Shown here one piece after another: positions 18,684 to 32,020 of a DNA stretch of 52,469 bases. A program made the translations under genes and the position numbers. The notes beneath the pieces were generated by a model. That model was not told where the DNA came from and did no database searches. It was given only the letters and a program-made list of their open reading frames with translations. The DNA is from Chloroflexota bacterium (GTDB lineage Bacteria; Chloroflexota; Limnocylindria; Limnocylindrales; CSP1-4), in assembly GCA_003152995.1 (NCBI GenBank), contig PMBR01000131.1, positions 40,865 to 93,333 on the forward strand, in the 5' to 3' direction. Positions within the stretch are counted from its first letter, which is position 1; the number at the start of each line of letters is the position of its first letter.

Positions 18684-19304
18684 CAGGGTCTCCTCCGCGA
18701 CGATCGAACGGCGTGGCTCGACCCCGATTGTAAGTCTCCGCGGCAACCGCCCGCCGCCAGCTTCGACTGGCCGACGGGAGCCGTTTGTCGTGACCTTCAG
18801 CCTGTACCCGTGCATCCCGTGCGTTGACGCTGAGCCTCGTCAGAGGCCCGTATCACCCTGTGAACATCACCTACGAGGATGTCAAACGGGCCGCGGATGC
18901 CAATCGCATGACCGTTGATGCGACCCTCGCCATGATCGCCAAGACGGCCGACAAGGATCGCGGAGACCATCCGCAGGAGTATGCAGCGAAGAAGTAGGTC
19001 CGGCCTCTCGGCCGGGGCGCTTCTGTCCGCAATCGCAACATCTGCTCATGGTGATCAGGCGCTATCCGCGGCGGGTCGACTGCCCTCCTGATCGCGCCTT
19101 CGGACGTCCGGGCGCTCTCTATCTGTCTGTTTCGGAATCGACCGCGACTACTTGGGCTCACCGTGGACTTCTCTTAGCACGGCCAAACGCTCGTTCAACA
19201 CCTCAAGCTGTTCGAAGGAAACCCAGACAGCGCTTGAGCCGTGTGCCGCGATCTTGGCGAATATCGCGAGGCAGGTTGCCCGACAGAGAGGCCGAGCCGC
19301 GCGG

Positions 19305-22262
<2,958 letters not shown>

Positions 22263-22614
22263 CTGAACGGACCCTTAACCATCTTGTTCTTTGGCGTCGG
22301 TGGTTGAGTTCGGCCATGCCGAGCGCTCGCCCGGGACCGTCGGAAGCCCGGGAAGAAGGAGCGTCATCGGAGCCGGGCCCAGTGGCCGGACCAGAGCCTC
22401 GCGCGAAATGGGTGAGCCGTCGTGGGACTGAACCACAGCTGCGAGTGGCTTCACGGAACCATGCTGCTCTCTCATCAGTACAACCCGTGCTCGCAACGGT
22501 ACTTGGCGCGGTGACGGGGCAACATAGGCCACTTGGGTAGCCTTCGGGCGTACCCAGCCCAGCGCCTGTACTCTCCTGTTGGCGCAGGCCGAAGGTCACG
22601 GACGTCCTTTCCAA

Positions 22615-23062
22615 GAGAGCTACAGCCGGATGTTGTGGCCGCTGTTCCGCGACCTCGGCAAGACTCCGCATCGAGTCAAGCCGGCTGACGTCCTCGCCTG
22701 GGTCCATGGCATCGGCCGCTCTGGCCGGACACCATCAGCCACGACGGTCGGCGCCCGGATAGCCTGCCTGTCGAGCTACTTCCGGTTCCTGATCAGGATG
22801 GGCTTGGTCGTCTCGAACCCCTGCGACGCCGTCGAGCGACCGAGAGCCATCCAGTCAGTCGCCCGCGGATACAGCGCGAATGAGGTCCGTCGGCTTCTGG
22901 CCGTTGTCCCGGACAGTGTTGCCGGTCGGCGCGACCGCGCCATTCTGCTGACACTGGTCCTGACTGGACGACGGAGGGCCGAGGTGATCTCGCTTCGCGC
23001 AGGGGATCTCAGCCTCGAAGGCGAGACTTGCTTATACGCCTACCGGGGCAAGGGCGGCAAGA
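22615..23062 (+). pseudogene. Truncated tyrosine recombinase (paralog of 41869..42804)
   Basis: ESYSRMLWP..YRGKGGK is near-identical in protein to the intact copy; lacks the N-terminus and the HxLR/H/Y catalytic half. Confidence 0.9.
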
Positions 23063-23221
23063 CTCACCCCGGCCGTCTATGCCCACGGCCTGGCACTGGC
23101 GTTGCCCGAAAATGTTGCAATGGCGCGCCCGACAAGTGATGGACACGCGTTTGCAACCGACCGCATCCCAATCGAGGGCCTTTGTGAGTGGCTGGCCGCG
23201 GCAACGGCCAGGTCGGCATGA
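23063..23221 (+). pseudogene. 3' remnant of a large serine recombinase (homolog of 52256..52414)
   Basis: LTPAVYAHGLALALPENVAMARPTSDGHAFATDRIPIEG..ARSA* vs LTPAAYAHGLALALPEIVAKARPTGVGHALATCRIPIKG..AKSA*. Confidence 0.9.
23114..23157. other. att-like junction (left), 44-bp quasi-palindrome
   Basis: GTTGCAATGGCGCGCCCGACA-AG-TGATGGACACGCGTTTGCAAC; TGGCGCGCCCGACA is the reverse complement of the tRNA-Arg(CCG)-type 3' end TGTCGGGCGCGCCA. Confidence 0.75.
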
Positions 23222-24450
23222 ACGCCCTCCGCATGCTCACCGTCGAGCAGATACCGATCGACCAGCTCCGGCCTGACCCGGCCAACCCCCGACGGATCGG
23301 CGACGAGGAACTCGAGTCGCTCACCCGCAGCCTGCGCCAGTTCGGCTTTGTCCAGCCGGTCCTCGCGCGCAAGGAAGACGGCACGGTCATCGGCGGCCAC
23401 CAGCGTCTCCTGGCCGCCAGACGCCTCGGACTCACCACCGTGCCAGTCACGTACCTCGACCTGAGCGTCGAACAGGCCCGCCTGCTCAACCTCGCCCTCA
23501 ACAAGATCTCGGGCTCCTGGGACGACCAGCTCCTGGCCCGGCTCCTGGCCGACCTGCAGGCCAGCCCGAACATCGACTTGACGCTCTCGGGGTTCGGCGA
23601 GGACGAGATCCGCGATCTGCTGCGGAGCCTGGAGACCCGCGAGAAGAAGGAGCGAGTCGAGGACTTCGACCTCGACTCCGCACTAGAGGACGCAACCCGG
23701 ACTCCGCGCTCCAAGCCCGGCGACCTCTGGGCCCTCGGCGAGCATCGGCTCCTGTGCGGGGACGCCACCAGGCCCGAGGACGTCGAGCGGGTGCTCGCCG
23801 GCAAGCAGGCCGCTATGGCCTTCACCGATCCGCCATACAACGTCAGCCTCGGCGACCACGGTGGCCAGCAGCGAGGAAGCAGGAAGCGTCGGATCGCCAA
23901 CGACTCCATGGACCCGATCGCCTGGGAAGTATTCGTCCGAGCCTGGGGACGAACCCTGCTCGCGGGCGTGGACGGCGCGATCTACGTCTGCATGAGCAGC
24001 AAGGAGATGCCGCTGGTCTCGCGGGTCCTCGCAGAGGAAGGCGGCCACTGGAGCGACACGATCATCTGGCACAAGGATCGCTTCGTCCTCGGTCGTGCTG
24101 ACTACCAGCGGGCATACGAACCGATCTGGTTCGGCTGGCGAGAAGGTGCAAGCCACCACTGGTGCGGAGATCGCGATCAGGACGACGTCTGGGAGATCAA
24201 TCGACCATCCGATGCACCGCTGCACCCGACGATGAAGCCGTTGCCGTTGATGGAGCGCGCGATTGCCAATAGCAGCAAAGCCGGCGACCTGGTGCTGGAC
24301 CTCTTCGCCGGCTCAGGCAGCACCCTCATCGCCTGCGAGCGGACCGGCCGGCGGTGTGCGGCCCTCGAACTAGATCCTCGCTATGTAGACGTAGTGCTGG
24401 CCCGCTTCGAGAGGTTCAGCGGCCAGACTGCGGAGCGGCTCGATGGCTAG
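23218..24450 (+). CDS. ParB/Srx N-terminal domain + N6/N4 DNA methyltransferase (beta class)
   Basis: LRPDPANPR..IGGHQRL; FTDPPY; HPTMKP; DLFAGSGST; ATGA coupling to the recombinase remnant. Confidence 0.92.
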   Translation: MNALRMLTVEQIPIDQLRPDPANPRRIGDEELESLTRSLRQFGFVQPVLARKEDGTVIGGHQRLLAARRLGLTTVPVTYLDLSVEQARLLNLALNKISGSWDDQLLARLLADLQASPNIDLTLSGFGEDEIRDLLRSLETREKKERVEDFDLDSALEDATRTPRSKPGDLWALGEHRLLCGDATRPEDVERVLAGKQAAMAFTDPPYNVSLGDHGGQQRGSRKRRIANDSMDPIAWEVFVRAWGRTLLAGVDGAIYVCMSSKEMPLVSRVLAEEGGHWSDTIIWHKDRFVLGRADYQRAYEPIWFGWREGASHHWCGDRDQDDVWEINRPSDAPLHPTMKPLPLMERAIANSSKAGDLVLDLFAGSGSTLIACERTGRRCAALELDPRYVDVVLARFERFSGQTAERLDG

Positions 24451-24844
24451 ACGAGTATCGCCACCCAAGCCGGCGTCGGGCGCCACCGTGGCTCGTGTGC
24501 GACGATCGAGATCCAAGTCGGCCAATCAGGCGACTCGCGCTCTGCTTGCGAGCGTGGACGCCCTTGGCGCCAAGGTTGCCCTCCAGGGCGCAGACCGCAA
24601 CGACACGACCGGCTGGGCGCTCCGCTACCTCGAGTCGAGCCGACCGACGAGCGTCCTAGCACCCGCTCCCCTGAGCGCGGAAGACAAGACCAAGATGGTC
24701 TATGTCCAGGCCGATCAGTTGGTGGGCGTGATCAGAGCCGTGCTGGAGGGGCTCAACCTGTCGGACGCCGACTACACCCGCGGCATCGACCTCGCGATCA
24801 AGGAGCTTCGGGCTGCCTCCTCGCAAGGCTGGGAGCCGCTGTGA
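24443..24844 (+). CDS. Hypothetical protein
   Basis: Start overlaps the MTase stop; typical codon bias. Confidence 0.7.
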   Translation: MARRVSPPKPASGATVARVRRSRSKSANQATRALLASVDALGAKVALQGADRNDTTGWALRYLESSRPTSVLAPAPLSAEDKTKMVYVQADQLVGVIRAVLEGLNLSDADYTRGIDLAIKELRAASSQGWEPL

Positions 24845-24920
24845 GCAGGCTTCCTCTCCCCTGTCAAATCCGACACTATGGCGAGATATCGGGCACTCGG
24901 CGGTATACCAGAGGTAAACG

Positions 24921-25340
24921 ATGGTAAACCGCGGCTGCACTTACGAGATGCTCGACGGCCTCCTGTGTCAGGCTCCAGCGCTGCGCGGCAAGGCGCTCTG
25001 CTACTGGCACGAACCCGACGCATCCGACGCGGCGCAGGAGGCTCGGCGGGTCGGAGGCCACCATCGGCGCAAGGCCCGAAGCGTCGCGACCATCTACGAC
25101 TTCGCAGGGTTGCGCACCGTCGAGAGCGCCCAGCGACTGCTGGAGACCGCGGCCATTGAGACGTTGGCCTTGGAGAACTCGATCCAGCGCAACCGCACCC
25201 TCATCAGCGCCGCAGCCGGTGCCGGCAAGCTCATCGAGGCAGGCGATCTAGCAGACCGACTGACCGCCGTTGAAGCCGCCGTTGGCCCCAAGGTCCATCC
25301 CGAAGGCGATGCCGCCTTCCCCGAGGAGCCAGCTCGATGA
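24921..25340 (+). CDS. Hypothetical protein with CCCH (HGGxSTG-like) Zn motif, terminase-small-subunit-like
   Basis: C-x9-C-x10-C-x2-H, ARRVGG, helical LADRLTAVE tail; RBS GAGG; function inferred from pattern and context. Confidence 0.55.
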   Translation: MVNRGCTYEMLDGLLCQAPALRGKALCYWHEPDASDAAQEARRVGGHHRRKARSVATIYDFAGLRTVESAQRLLETAAIETLALENSIQRNRTLISAAAGAGKLIEAGDLADRLTAVEAAVGPKVHPEGDAAFPEEPAR

Positions 25341-26122
25341 CCCTGAAGCGACGCCTCGACTCCCTTGAGACCTCACTGTCCCCCACCCAGCTTGTCCTGC
25401 GCTGGCTGGCCGAGGCTCATGCCTACGGCGACCTCGTCCCCTACTTGAACTCCCTCCTCGCCCAGGACCCGCCGGTGGCTCCTCTAGATCGTCTAGCCCG
25501 GGAGGCGGTCCAGGGGGCTAGGACTGCAATGCGCGGCAAGCGTCCCGAGCTTGTCGATGCCGCGGTCCGGAGCGCCCTGCGCGAGACCGTCTTTCGGTTC
25601 GAGCTGGTGATGCGCATCAACGTGACCGCGCACGAGTTGCTGGAGCGTGAGGCCTTGATCGATGCCGCCCTGTCAGCCAACCTCGCCCTGGCGTTCAAGG
25701 ACGATGACCAGCGGGCCGACCAGAGACGCCTGGAGCACCTGGCGACACTGCGCGATCTGATCTGCGTCCAGGTTGACGAGCTATTGGCCAGCGGGGAAGC
25801 GCGCACGCTTGCGGAGGGGCGCTACCTCGACGGCCATGGCGCGCTCTTCCCTGCCGTCGCAGCGGCCTGGGATGAGCAGGTCCACAGCACGCAGCTGATC
25901 GCGGCCCTGGCAGTCCGTATGGCCGAACTCGACGGCGCCCAGGCCGCTCCTACTCCGGACCCTGAGGTGCTGTCCCGGCGGACGACGGAACTTGTAGCCG
26001 ATCTCGTCGAACCTGCGAAGTCCGAGGCGCTCGACAAGCTCGGGGAGGGCCGGCGGTCGCTGGACATCGCCAACGCCTGGGTGCGGCGCAAGCTGCGCCA
26101 GGTTCCGCAGCCCGAGCCGTGA
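25337..26122 (+). CDS. Hypothetical helical protein
   Basis: ATGA-coupled; MTLKRRLDSLE N-terminus. Confidence 0.75.
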   Translation: MTLKRRLDSLETSLSPTQLVLRWLAEAHAYGDLVPYLNSLLAQDPPVAPLDRLAREAVQGARTAMRGKRPELVDAAVRSALRETVFRFELVMRINVTAHELLEREALIDAALSANLALAFKDDDQRADQRRLEHLATLRDLICVQVDELLASGEARTLAEGRYLDGHGALFPAVAAAWDEQVHSTQLIAALAVRMAELDGAQAAPTPDPEVLSRRTTELVADLVEPAKSEALDKLGEGRRSLDIANAWVRRKLRQVPQPEP

Positions 26123-26325
26123 ACGCCGTCACCATGGAACGATCGCCACACGGAAGAATGGGCAGATCGAGAGACCGGCAGTGGCACCTCTCATGGAGGC
26201 CGAGCCTAGCGTGTCCAGTCATCGCGTCGTCCCGTGGCCTTGCCAAGCGGCGATGGGAACTCCAGGCGGACAGCCGCGGGATTGATCGTGGTCACAATTC
26301 GGCCCGTGGCGAGCAAACTCCGGAA

Positions 26326-27591
26326 TTACGGCCAGTACAGATCAGCGGACACCGTTCCCAAACCCGAGTGGTAGACAACGAGGACGCGCCCGTCGGCCAA
26401 GAGGATCGCCGTCCCATACTCAGACCCGGCCGCCATCGGCCCGGTCGGTGCGAATCGACCGGTGGTTGGGTCGTACAGGTCCGCTGAAGCAATGGGGTCG
26501 CCATTCTCATCCGAACCGTCGGCGACGAGAACGCGGCCGTCGCGGAGCCGAGTGGCCGTGTGGCCTGTGCGAGGAACCGACATCGATCCGGTCTTTGTGA
26601 ACCTGCCGGTGGCCGGGTCGTACAGCTCCGCGGAAACAAGGAAGCCGCCATCCGCGTCGCGGCCGCCGGCGACAAGGACCTCGCCATTGATCAGAAGGGT
26701 CGCGCTCGCGCCGACGCGCGGGGTCGTCATGGACCCCGTGCGGGTCCACTTCCCGCTCGTGGGGTCGTACAGCTCAGCCGACGCGAAGACGTAGCCGCCG
26801 GCCTCGCCCCCATCGTCGCCGCCGGCGACGAGGACACGTCCGTCGCGAAGCAGCGTCGCCGTCTCGCCATGGCGCGCAGTCCTCATGGAGTCGGCCCGGG
26901 TGAACTTCCCCGTGGCCGGATCGTAGATGTCGGCCAACGGAGTGGCGCCACGAGGCAGAGCGTACCCACCCACGCAAAGCAGGCGCCCATCGGGCAGGAG
27001 AACGGCCGCGTCTGGTCTGTGAGACCCAGGTTCCGCAGCGGCGAGAGTGAACTCACCAGTCGAAGGGTCGTAGAGCTGCGCATTGAAATCGTTGAACGTC
27101 AGGACACGTCCATCTTGGAGCGCAATCGACAGGTTTGGACCGTAGGGCACGTCGTAGGGGAGCGGAGACCCGGTGCTCCGGAACTGCCCCGTGGCCGGGT
27201 CTAGCAGCGCCGCTGCGCCCTCGCCAATCACGATAACCTCGCCATCGTTAAGCAACGCGGCCGTATCCACGAGGTTGGGGAGGTCCGTCTGTCCAGAGGC
27301 GGTGAACGTGCCCGGCCTGCCGGTGGGTGTGGGCGTGCTTGAAGGTGCGACCACTGGTGTGGCCACGGGCGAGGGCAGCGACGGAAAGGGTGGACGCGCG
27401 GTCGGGCTCGCCAGAGGTTCAGGCGACAATGTCGGAACCGAGCCGTTGCAGCCGGCTACGACTATCGCAAGACAGAGGAGTGGCCCGGCGCCTCGGTTCG
27501 ATCCCACGTGCCTGAGTGACCGGCTGCGGCCGTCGTGTTGTCTCCCGCTCAATGCCAGCATGTTCGTCAAGGACGACCCCTCGCCTTCCAA
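26326..27591 (-). CDS. Kelch-repeat lipoprotein
   Basis: VAGC lipobox; repeats R.GHTAT.L.DGRVLVAGG..SAELYDP.TG.F; start uncertain. Confidence 0.88.
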   Translation of the reverse strand: MEGEGSSLTNMLALSGRQHDGRSRSLRHVGSNRGAGPLLCLAIVVAGCNGSVPTLSPEPLASPTARPPFPSLPSPVATPVVAPSSTPTPTGRPGTFTASGQTDLPNLVDTAALLNDGEVIVIGEGAAALLDPATGQFRSTGSPLPYDVPYGPNLSIALQDGRVLTFNDFNAQLYDPSTGEFTLAAAEPGSHRPDAAVLLPDGRLLCVGGYALPRGATPLADIYDPATGKFTRADSMRTARHGETATLLRDGRVLVAGGDDGGEAGGYVFASAELYDPTSGKWTRTGSMTTPRVGASATLLINGEVLVAGGRDADGGFLVSAELYDPATGRFTKTGSMSVPRTGHTATRLRDGRVLVADGSDENGDPIASADLYDPTTGRFAPTGPMAAGSEYGTAILLADGRVLVVYHSGLGTVSADLYWP

Positions 27592-27922
27592 GTGATCTCG
27601 GCCTACGAGTTCTGAACCGCCCTGGGTCCCGCGGAGCCTCTCGATCTTGAATCAGGCGGCGGCGGTTGCTTCTAGTTGACCACGATAGGCCTGCATGAAC
27701 TCGGCCGGAGCGACGTCTCCGTGGCGCCTCCGACACGATGACCTTCTTGTGGCCCCGCCCCCGATCGACCGATGTGCGGATCTCACCGGTTTTCGCCACC
27801 TGATTCCACGCGAATTCGCCGCGCGTTTTGCGGGTCTTGGCCGCGCGACTAAGGCCTGCACAACGATACCGTCTGGGTGGGGCCAGATCTGATGACGGTG
27901 GGGCCGAATTCCCATCGAGCGG

Positions 27923-28231
27923 CTAGCTTCGCCGATCGGGTGTCCGGGTCTCCCACTGGCACGAGCGTACAAGTGGGCCAGGCCTGACTACCCACAGGGC
28001 AAAGAGAGGCAATGTTCCGCTGTATGTCGCGAACAAGGTGACTGGGTGTCGGCGGGGCGTCTTTCTCCCCATGGGCTTGGGCTGCGCCGGGTCGTTGATA
28101 AAGAAGTCATTCCCGCTCAGGCCCGTGACCACGACGAAGTGCTGCTGGTTCTTGTTCAAGTAGAGCTTGGCGATCAGTGGGTAGCCCTGAGCTATCACCG
28201 CTCGAATGCTCGGTATGAGAGCCTGGACGTG
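27923..28231 (-). pseudogene. C39-like cysteine peptidase C-terminal fragment
   Basis: QGYPLIAK..QHFVVVTG..FFINDP (His/Asp part) present; no upstream catalytic Cys segment. Confidence 0.55.
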
Positions 28232-28366
28232 CCTATCACTCCATCGCGTTCGCATCGGCCGCCCTGCCCGGACCCCCGGCTGATTGGCTTCGCTCGCGGG
28301 GCCCTGACGTGCCCCCGGTCGGCTCGGTATCCTGTCGGGGCTGACCAAGGCGAGGGACAAGAGGGC

Positions 28367-30337
28367 ATGGCCAAACGCTCAACGTCCACCTATAAGCCTG
28401 TGAGGCCACGCAGTCGCGATCGCGCCCTCGGTGGCTGGCGTGGCCGCTTGCGCCTCCGGCGAGCTCGACCGCGACGCGAAGCCGTCCTGGTCGGTGGGCT
28501 CGCCCTGGCGGTGATCGTGGCCCTGGCCACTCTGGGCGGAGCGGTCCTGCTGGCCAAGGTGGACCACGACTGGGCGAGCATCGCAACCGTGAACGGCCAG
28601 TCGATCAGTCGCGAGGCTCTGCGCTCACGGGTGAGCGTTCTGGAGTTACTCGCCACTGAGCGCTACTCGTTCATCGCTAGCGAAGTCGGGCCGGGCGTCA
28701 TCAGCGCCAGCGAGGCGAGCGATCTGCAGGCCGGGGCATCCGCACCACTGGCCGATGCCGTGACCGCTGCCCGCGAGAGCCTGATCGACGATGAGCTGGT
28801 CCGACAGCTCGCAGATCGTGAAGGGGTCGCCACTAGCGCGCCTCCCGATCCCTGGGCCGAGGCACTGGCGTACATCACGGGCGATCTGCGCCATCAGGTC
28901 CGAGTCGTGCGCTTTGGCCTGCCAACGGGCGGCGCAGGTTCGAACACCGCAACTGGCGGCTCTGGGCCCTGGCCGCCCGCCACCTCGGCCAACATCGCCG
29001 CCGCCACCGAGCGCCTGCGAGTGGAGCTTGCGGCCAACACGAAGGTCGAGACGATCGTGGCCGGCCTCCACGACGCGGGCTGGACCGTCACCGGCGAGAA
29101 TGTAGCGCTGTCATCGAGCGGCGTGCCTGCCGACGCCTCGCTCGCGCTCGACCCACAGATCGCCGCCGGAGCCGAGACCGCGGGGGTCGACGATCTCCTG
29201 GGTCCCGCGACCGATGAATACGGCGAGATCGCCATGGCCCGGGTCCTGGCTCCGACAGACACCAACCGCGCCCTGATGGGTCTGCGCGAGGACGCCGGGA
29301 GCGCCAGGCTCGATACCGGAGCTCTGGCGGACTGGGCCGAGGGCCAGGCTCTCTCGCGTGCCCTGGCCGGGGACCTGCTGACCCGCCAGAAGACCGCGGG
29401 TGCGACCCTCGCCCACTTTCGAGAGCTTGTCATCGGAGATGCACCCGACTCATCGGGAACAGCCGGTCCCTGGGTCGAGCTATCGGGTCTGGCACTCGAT
29501 CGACTGACCGGCCTGAACCCGGGCTCGATTGCCGGTGCTCCGGCCGGTCTGGACCTCGGAGCCGATACGCTGGCGAAGACTCTGCGGGGCCTGGCGGCAC
29601 CCGATCGGATCAAGCTATTTGGTGCCCTGGTCAGCGGCGCCAACGCCGCACCCGGCTCGGATGGCCCCGATTCCTCTGGTGAGATCGGCTTTGCCACAAA
29701 CGATGGTCTCCTCCCCGACATCGGCAAGGCTGCCTTCGATGCCAGGGTTCGGACCACCGACATCCTGGGGCCGATCACGACAGCCGCTGGTCCGCAGCTA
29801 TTCCTGGTCGAAGCCCGCTTTGGTGGAGCGCTCGACGAACGAGCGAAGGCCGCCCTGCAGGAGGTCCGGGCCGATCCCTCACCCGATCTACTGACCTACA
29901 CCACACGCTTCTCGGCGGCCGATGCACCACTCGCGCGCGATGGCGGCTGGCGTGCCGATGCCGAGTTCGGAGCGGCGGAGGACGTTCGCTCCGCTCTCTT
30001 CGATACACCCATCGGGACTCTGTCGGGTCCGTTCGTTCTCGATGGCAAGCTCGCCTGTGCCATCGTGGACTCCCGTTCGAGCGGCATACCCTCTGCTCGA
30101 ACGCTAGCTCGACTCTCGCTCGATGGCTTCGATGCCTGGTATCACGATGAGCGCATAGCGGCCACCATCACCCGCTCGGATAACCCTCTACCCGAGCTGG
30201 CGTCTCCATCCCCGTCACCGACTCTCGCCCTGCCCACGATGCCCGGCCTTGCGACCCCGGCTCTGCCGACGATCCCGGGCCCCCCTGGCGCCACTCCGGT
30301 CAGGACCGATGAGCTCGGGTTGCCGGCGCTGCCGTAG
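28367..30337 (+). CDS. Membrane-anchored SurA/PrsA-like (foldase-like) protein
   Basis: Basic N-terminus + TM, IATVNGQSIS, ESLIDDELVRQLA, degenerate parvulin-like GEIGF..AAF..ILGPITT and ALFDTPIGTLSGP. Confidence 0.7.
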   Translation: MAKRSTSTYKPVRPRSRDRALGGWRGRLRLRRARPRREAVLVGGLALAVIVALATLGGAVLLAKVDHDWASIATVNGQSISREALRSRVSVLELLATERYSFIASEVGPGVISASEASDLQAGASAPLADAVTAARESLIDDELVRQLADREGVATSAPPDPWAEALAYITGDLRHQVRVVRFGLPTGGAGSNTATGGSGPWPPATSANIAAATERLRVELAANTKVETIVAGLHDAGWTVTGENVALSSSGVPADASLALDPQIAAGAETAGVDDLLGPATDEYGEIAMARVLAPTDTNRALMGLREDAGSARLDTGALADWAEGQALSRALAGDLLTRQKTAGATLAHFRELVIGDAPDSSGTAGPWVELSGLALDRLTGLNPGSIAGAPAGLDLGADTLAKTLRGLAAPDRIKLFGALVSGANAAPGSDGPDSSGEIGFATNDGLLPDIGKAAFDARVRTTDILGPITTAAGPQLFLVEARFGGALDERAKAALQEVRADPSPDLLTYTTRFSAADAPLARDGGWRADAEFGAAEDVRSALFDTPIGTLSGPFVLDGKLACAIVDSRSSGIPSARTLARLSLDGFDAWYHDERIAATITRSDNPLPELASPSPSPTLALPTMPGLATPALPTIPGPPGATPVRTDELGLPALP

Positions 30338-30590
30338 GGTGAGGGCAGGCGACGGGTAGCCAGTCGCGACGAGCCCCCATCGACATGACCGAATCAAGCG
30401 GCGCAACGAACCTATCTGAGCCAGAAAGTGTCCAAGATTCTTGACGCGGGCCGGTCTCACCAGTCCCAGGATCAAAGGCTTCGACGGAGTCGCTGACGCG
30501 GAGCGGGGCGTTGGCTATTGGGCCGGCAGGTGTGGCGACCGCGATGGCTGGGCAGGTGGCGCTCCCCGTTGGGTCACAGTTTCTCCAAGG

Positions 30591-30887
30591 TCACGTCAAT
30601 CCAGACCTCACGCGGCCATTCGTCGAGGATCTCTGCCGGTCCCAAATCGGAACGACTAACGCATCGAAGATCAGGTCGATGCGCGGATGGATGATGGTGC
30701 TCTCCAATTCGAACCCCTCGAGTCCGATGACGACCTGGCCCGTCGACTGCAAATCGTCGATCACGGCGCGGATACCGCGGCCATCGATCAGGAGCGTGCC
30801 AGGAGACCGCCAGAAGAAGCGAACACGGTGCCGAAGACAAGCCTCTATCAAGAGTCTATGTCTCGTCAGATCGATGTCTTCGGTCAT
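30591..30887 (-). CDS. Hypothetical protein (3' end possibly degraded)
   Basis: MTEDIDLTRH..VVIGLEGFELE..HPRIDLIFD. Confidence 0.45.
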   Translation of the reverse strand: MTEDIDLTRHRLLIEACLRHRVRFFWRSPGTLLIDGRGIRAVIDDLQSTGQVVIGLEGFELESTIIHPRIDLIFDALVVPIWDRQRSSTNGRVRSGLT

Positions 30888-31019
30888 CGCTGGAAGTTCG
30901 CATCGAGCCATACCTGCTTCCACTCAGGATCGAAGAGGTCGCTCACCTGAATATCCCCGCCTCTGGGCCCATTCCACCACAAAAGTACTGACAAATCGCG
31001 CGCCGCCTTCGACGCCAGA

Positions 31020-31925
31020 CTAAGGTGCCGGGAAATTGGGTTGGTCGAGACTATATCTGAGCGACGGCAGGATCGAATTGGCGGGGTCTGAAGCCAGCCA
31101 ATTCGACACGTCGTCAGCCCGAGCCTTCGGCCACGGGATGAAGGTCGTGGACACGGCAGGAAGGACGACTTCATCACCCTCGGTCAAGACCTGGGCGACA
31201 GTGCGGTCCCCCAACAGGAGCCAGACTTGCTGACGGATGCGGACGGGATAACGGTTGTTGTTCACCCACGAGCAACCCCGAAACGGGGCTTCGGTGGCAC
31301 AGGAAAGATCGTACGCCGGGCTCACGAAGGACGAGACCACTTCGGCCGGCAGCCAGCGGACATGGAGATCGACCCTGGCGGTCTGGGTCTCCTTTGGCAC
31401 GTTGAGATAGTCCCAATACTGACCTCCCGCCGGGATGAATAGGCCTTCCTCGCTGCCGAACAGAGAACCGGTCGTCGTCGTCACGCTGGTGTTTCCGGGG
31501 CCAAACAGGGTGTACGCCGGCGTGACGATGGCACCCGCGTCGGCCCTCAGGTTCTTGAACGCAACAGCGAGCCCAGTGGTCATCGACTGCCCGCCGCCCG
31601 AGTGCTGGGGCACCCCCCAGCACACCCAGATCGCATCGATGGTTTCTTCATAGGGGGTGTCACATTGCGAGTCGAACGAAGGGGATGCCCCAGCTGTCCT
31701 TGTCGAAGGACTCGGCATCACCGGATAGGTCAACGCAGCCGCCGACGCTGGAGAAAAGGGGCTCGCCTTCGGAGTCGTAACTAGCGACTGGTTCGCGCCC
31801 TCCAAACCCGAACAACCCGCGAGCACGATGGCGAGCAGTATCCCCAAGTAGAGACGCGGCCCGAGTCGGCCTGTCGGACGCGCCTTCGCCCAGATGCGCA
31901 TGCCGACCCCACGAGCCTTCCCCAT
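31020..31925 (-). CDS. Lipoprotein
   Basis: LLAIVLAGC lipobox then Ser/Pro linker; the longer 477-aa ORF overlaps the next gene. Confidence 0.75.
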   Translation of the reverse strand: MGKARGVGMRIWAKARPTGRLGPRLYLGILLAIVLAGCSGLEGANQSLVTTPKASPFSPASAAALTYPVMPSPSTRTAGASPSFDSQCDTPYEETIDAIWVCWGVPQHSGGGQSMTTGLAVAFKNLRADAGAIVTPAYTLFGPGNTSVTTTTGSLFGSEEGLFIPAGGQYWDYLNVPKETQTARVDLHVRWLPAEVVSSFVSPAYDLSCATEAPFRGCSWVNNNRYPVRIRQQVWLLLGDRTVAQVLTEGDEVVLPAVSTTFIPWPKARADDVSNWLASDPANSILPSLRYSLDQPNFPAP

Positions 31926-32020
31926 TGCGTGTCGCCCCTGGAAGGCCGATAGCCTTCCAACCGCTCGCGACCGGAGTCCGGCGAGTGGCATTACCGGACC
32001 AGCGCACGTCGCCAACACGA

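Noticed and set aside
23121-23134. tRNA gene at the att site
   Set aside because: Only a 14-bp 3'-end match; no cloverleaf or T-loop GTTCGA present
22579-23139. 186-aa ORF as an intact integrase
   Set aside because: Chimera of a truncated Tyr recombinase and an out-of-frame Ser-recombinase tail; catalytic His/Tyr absent
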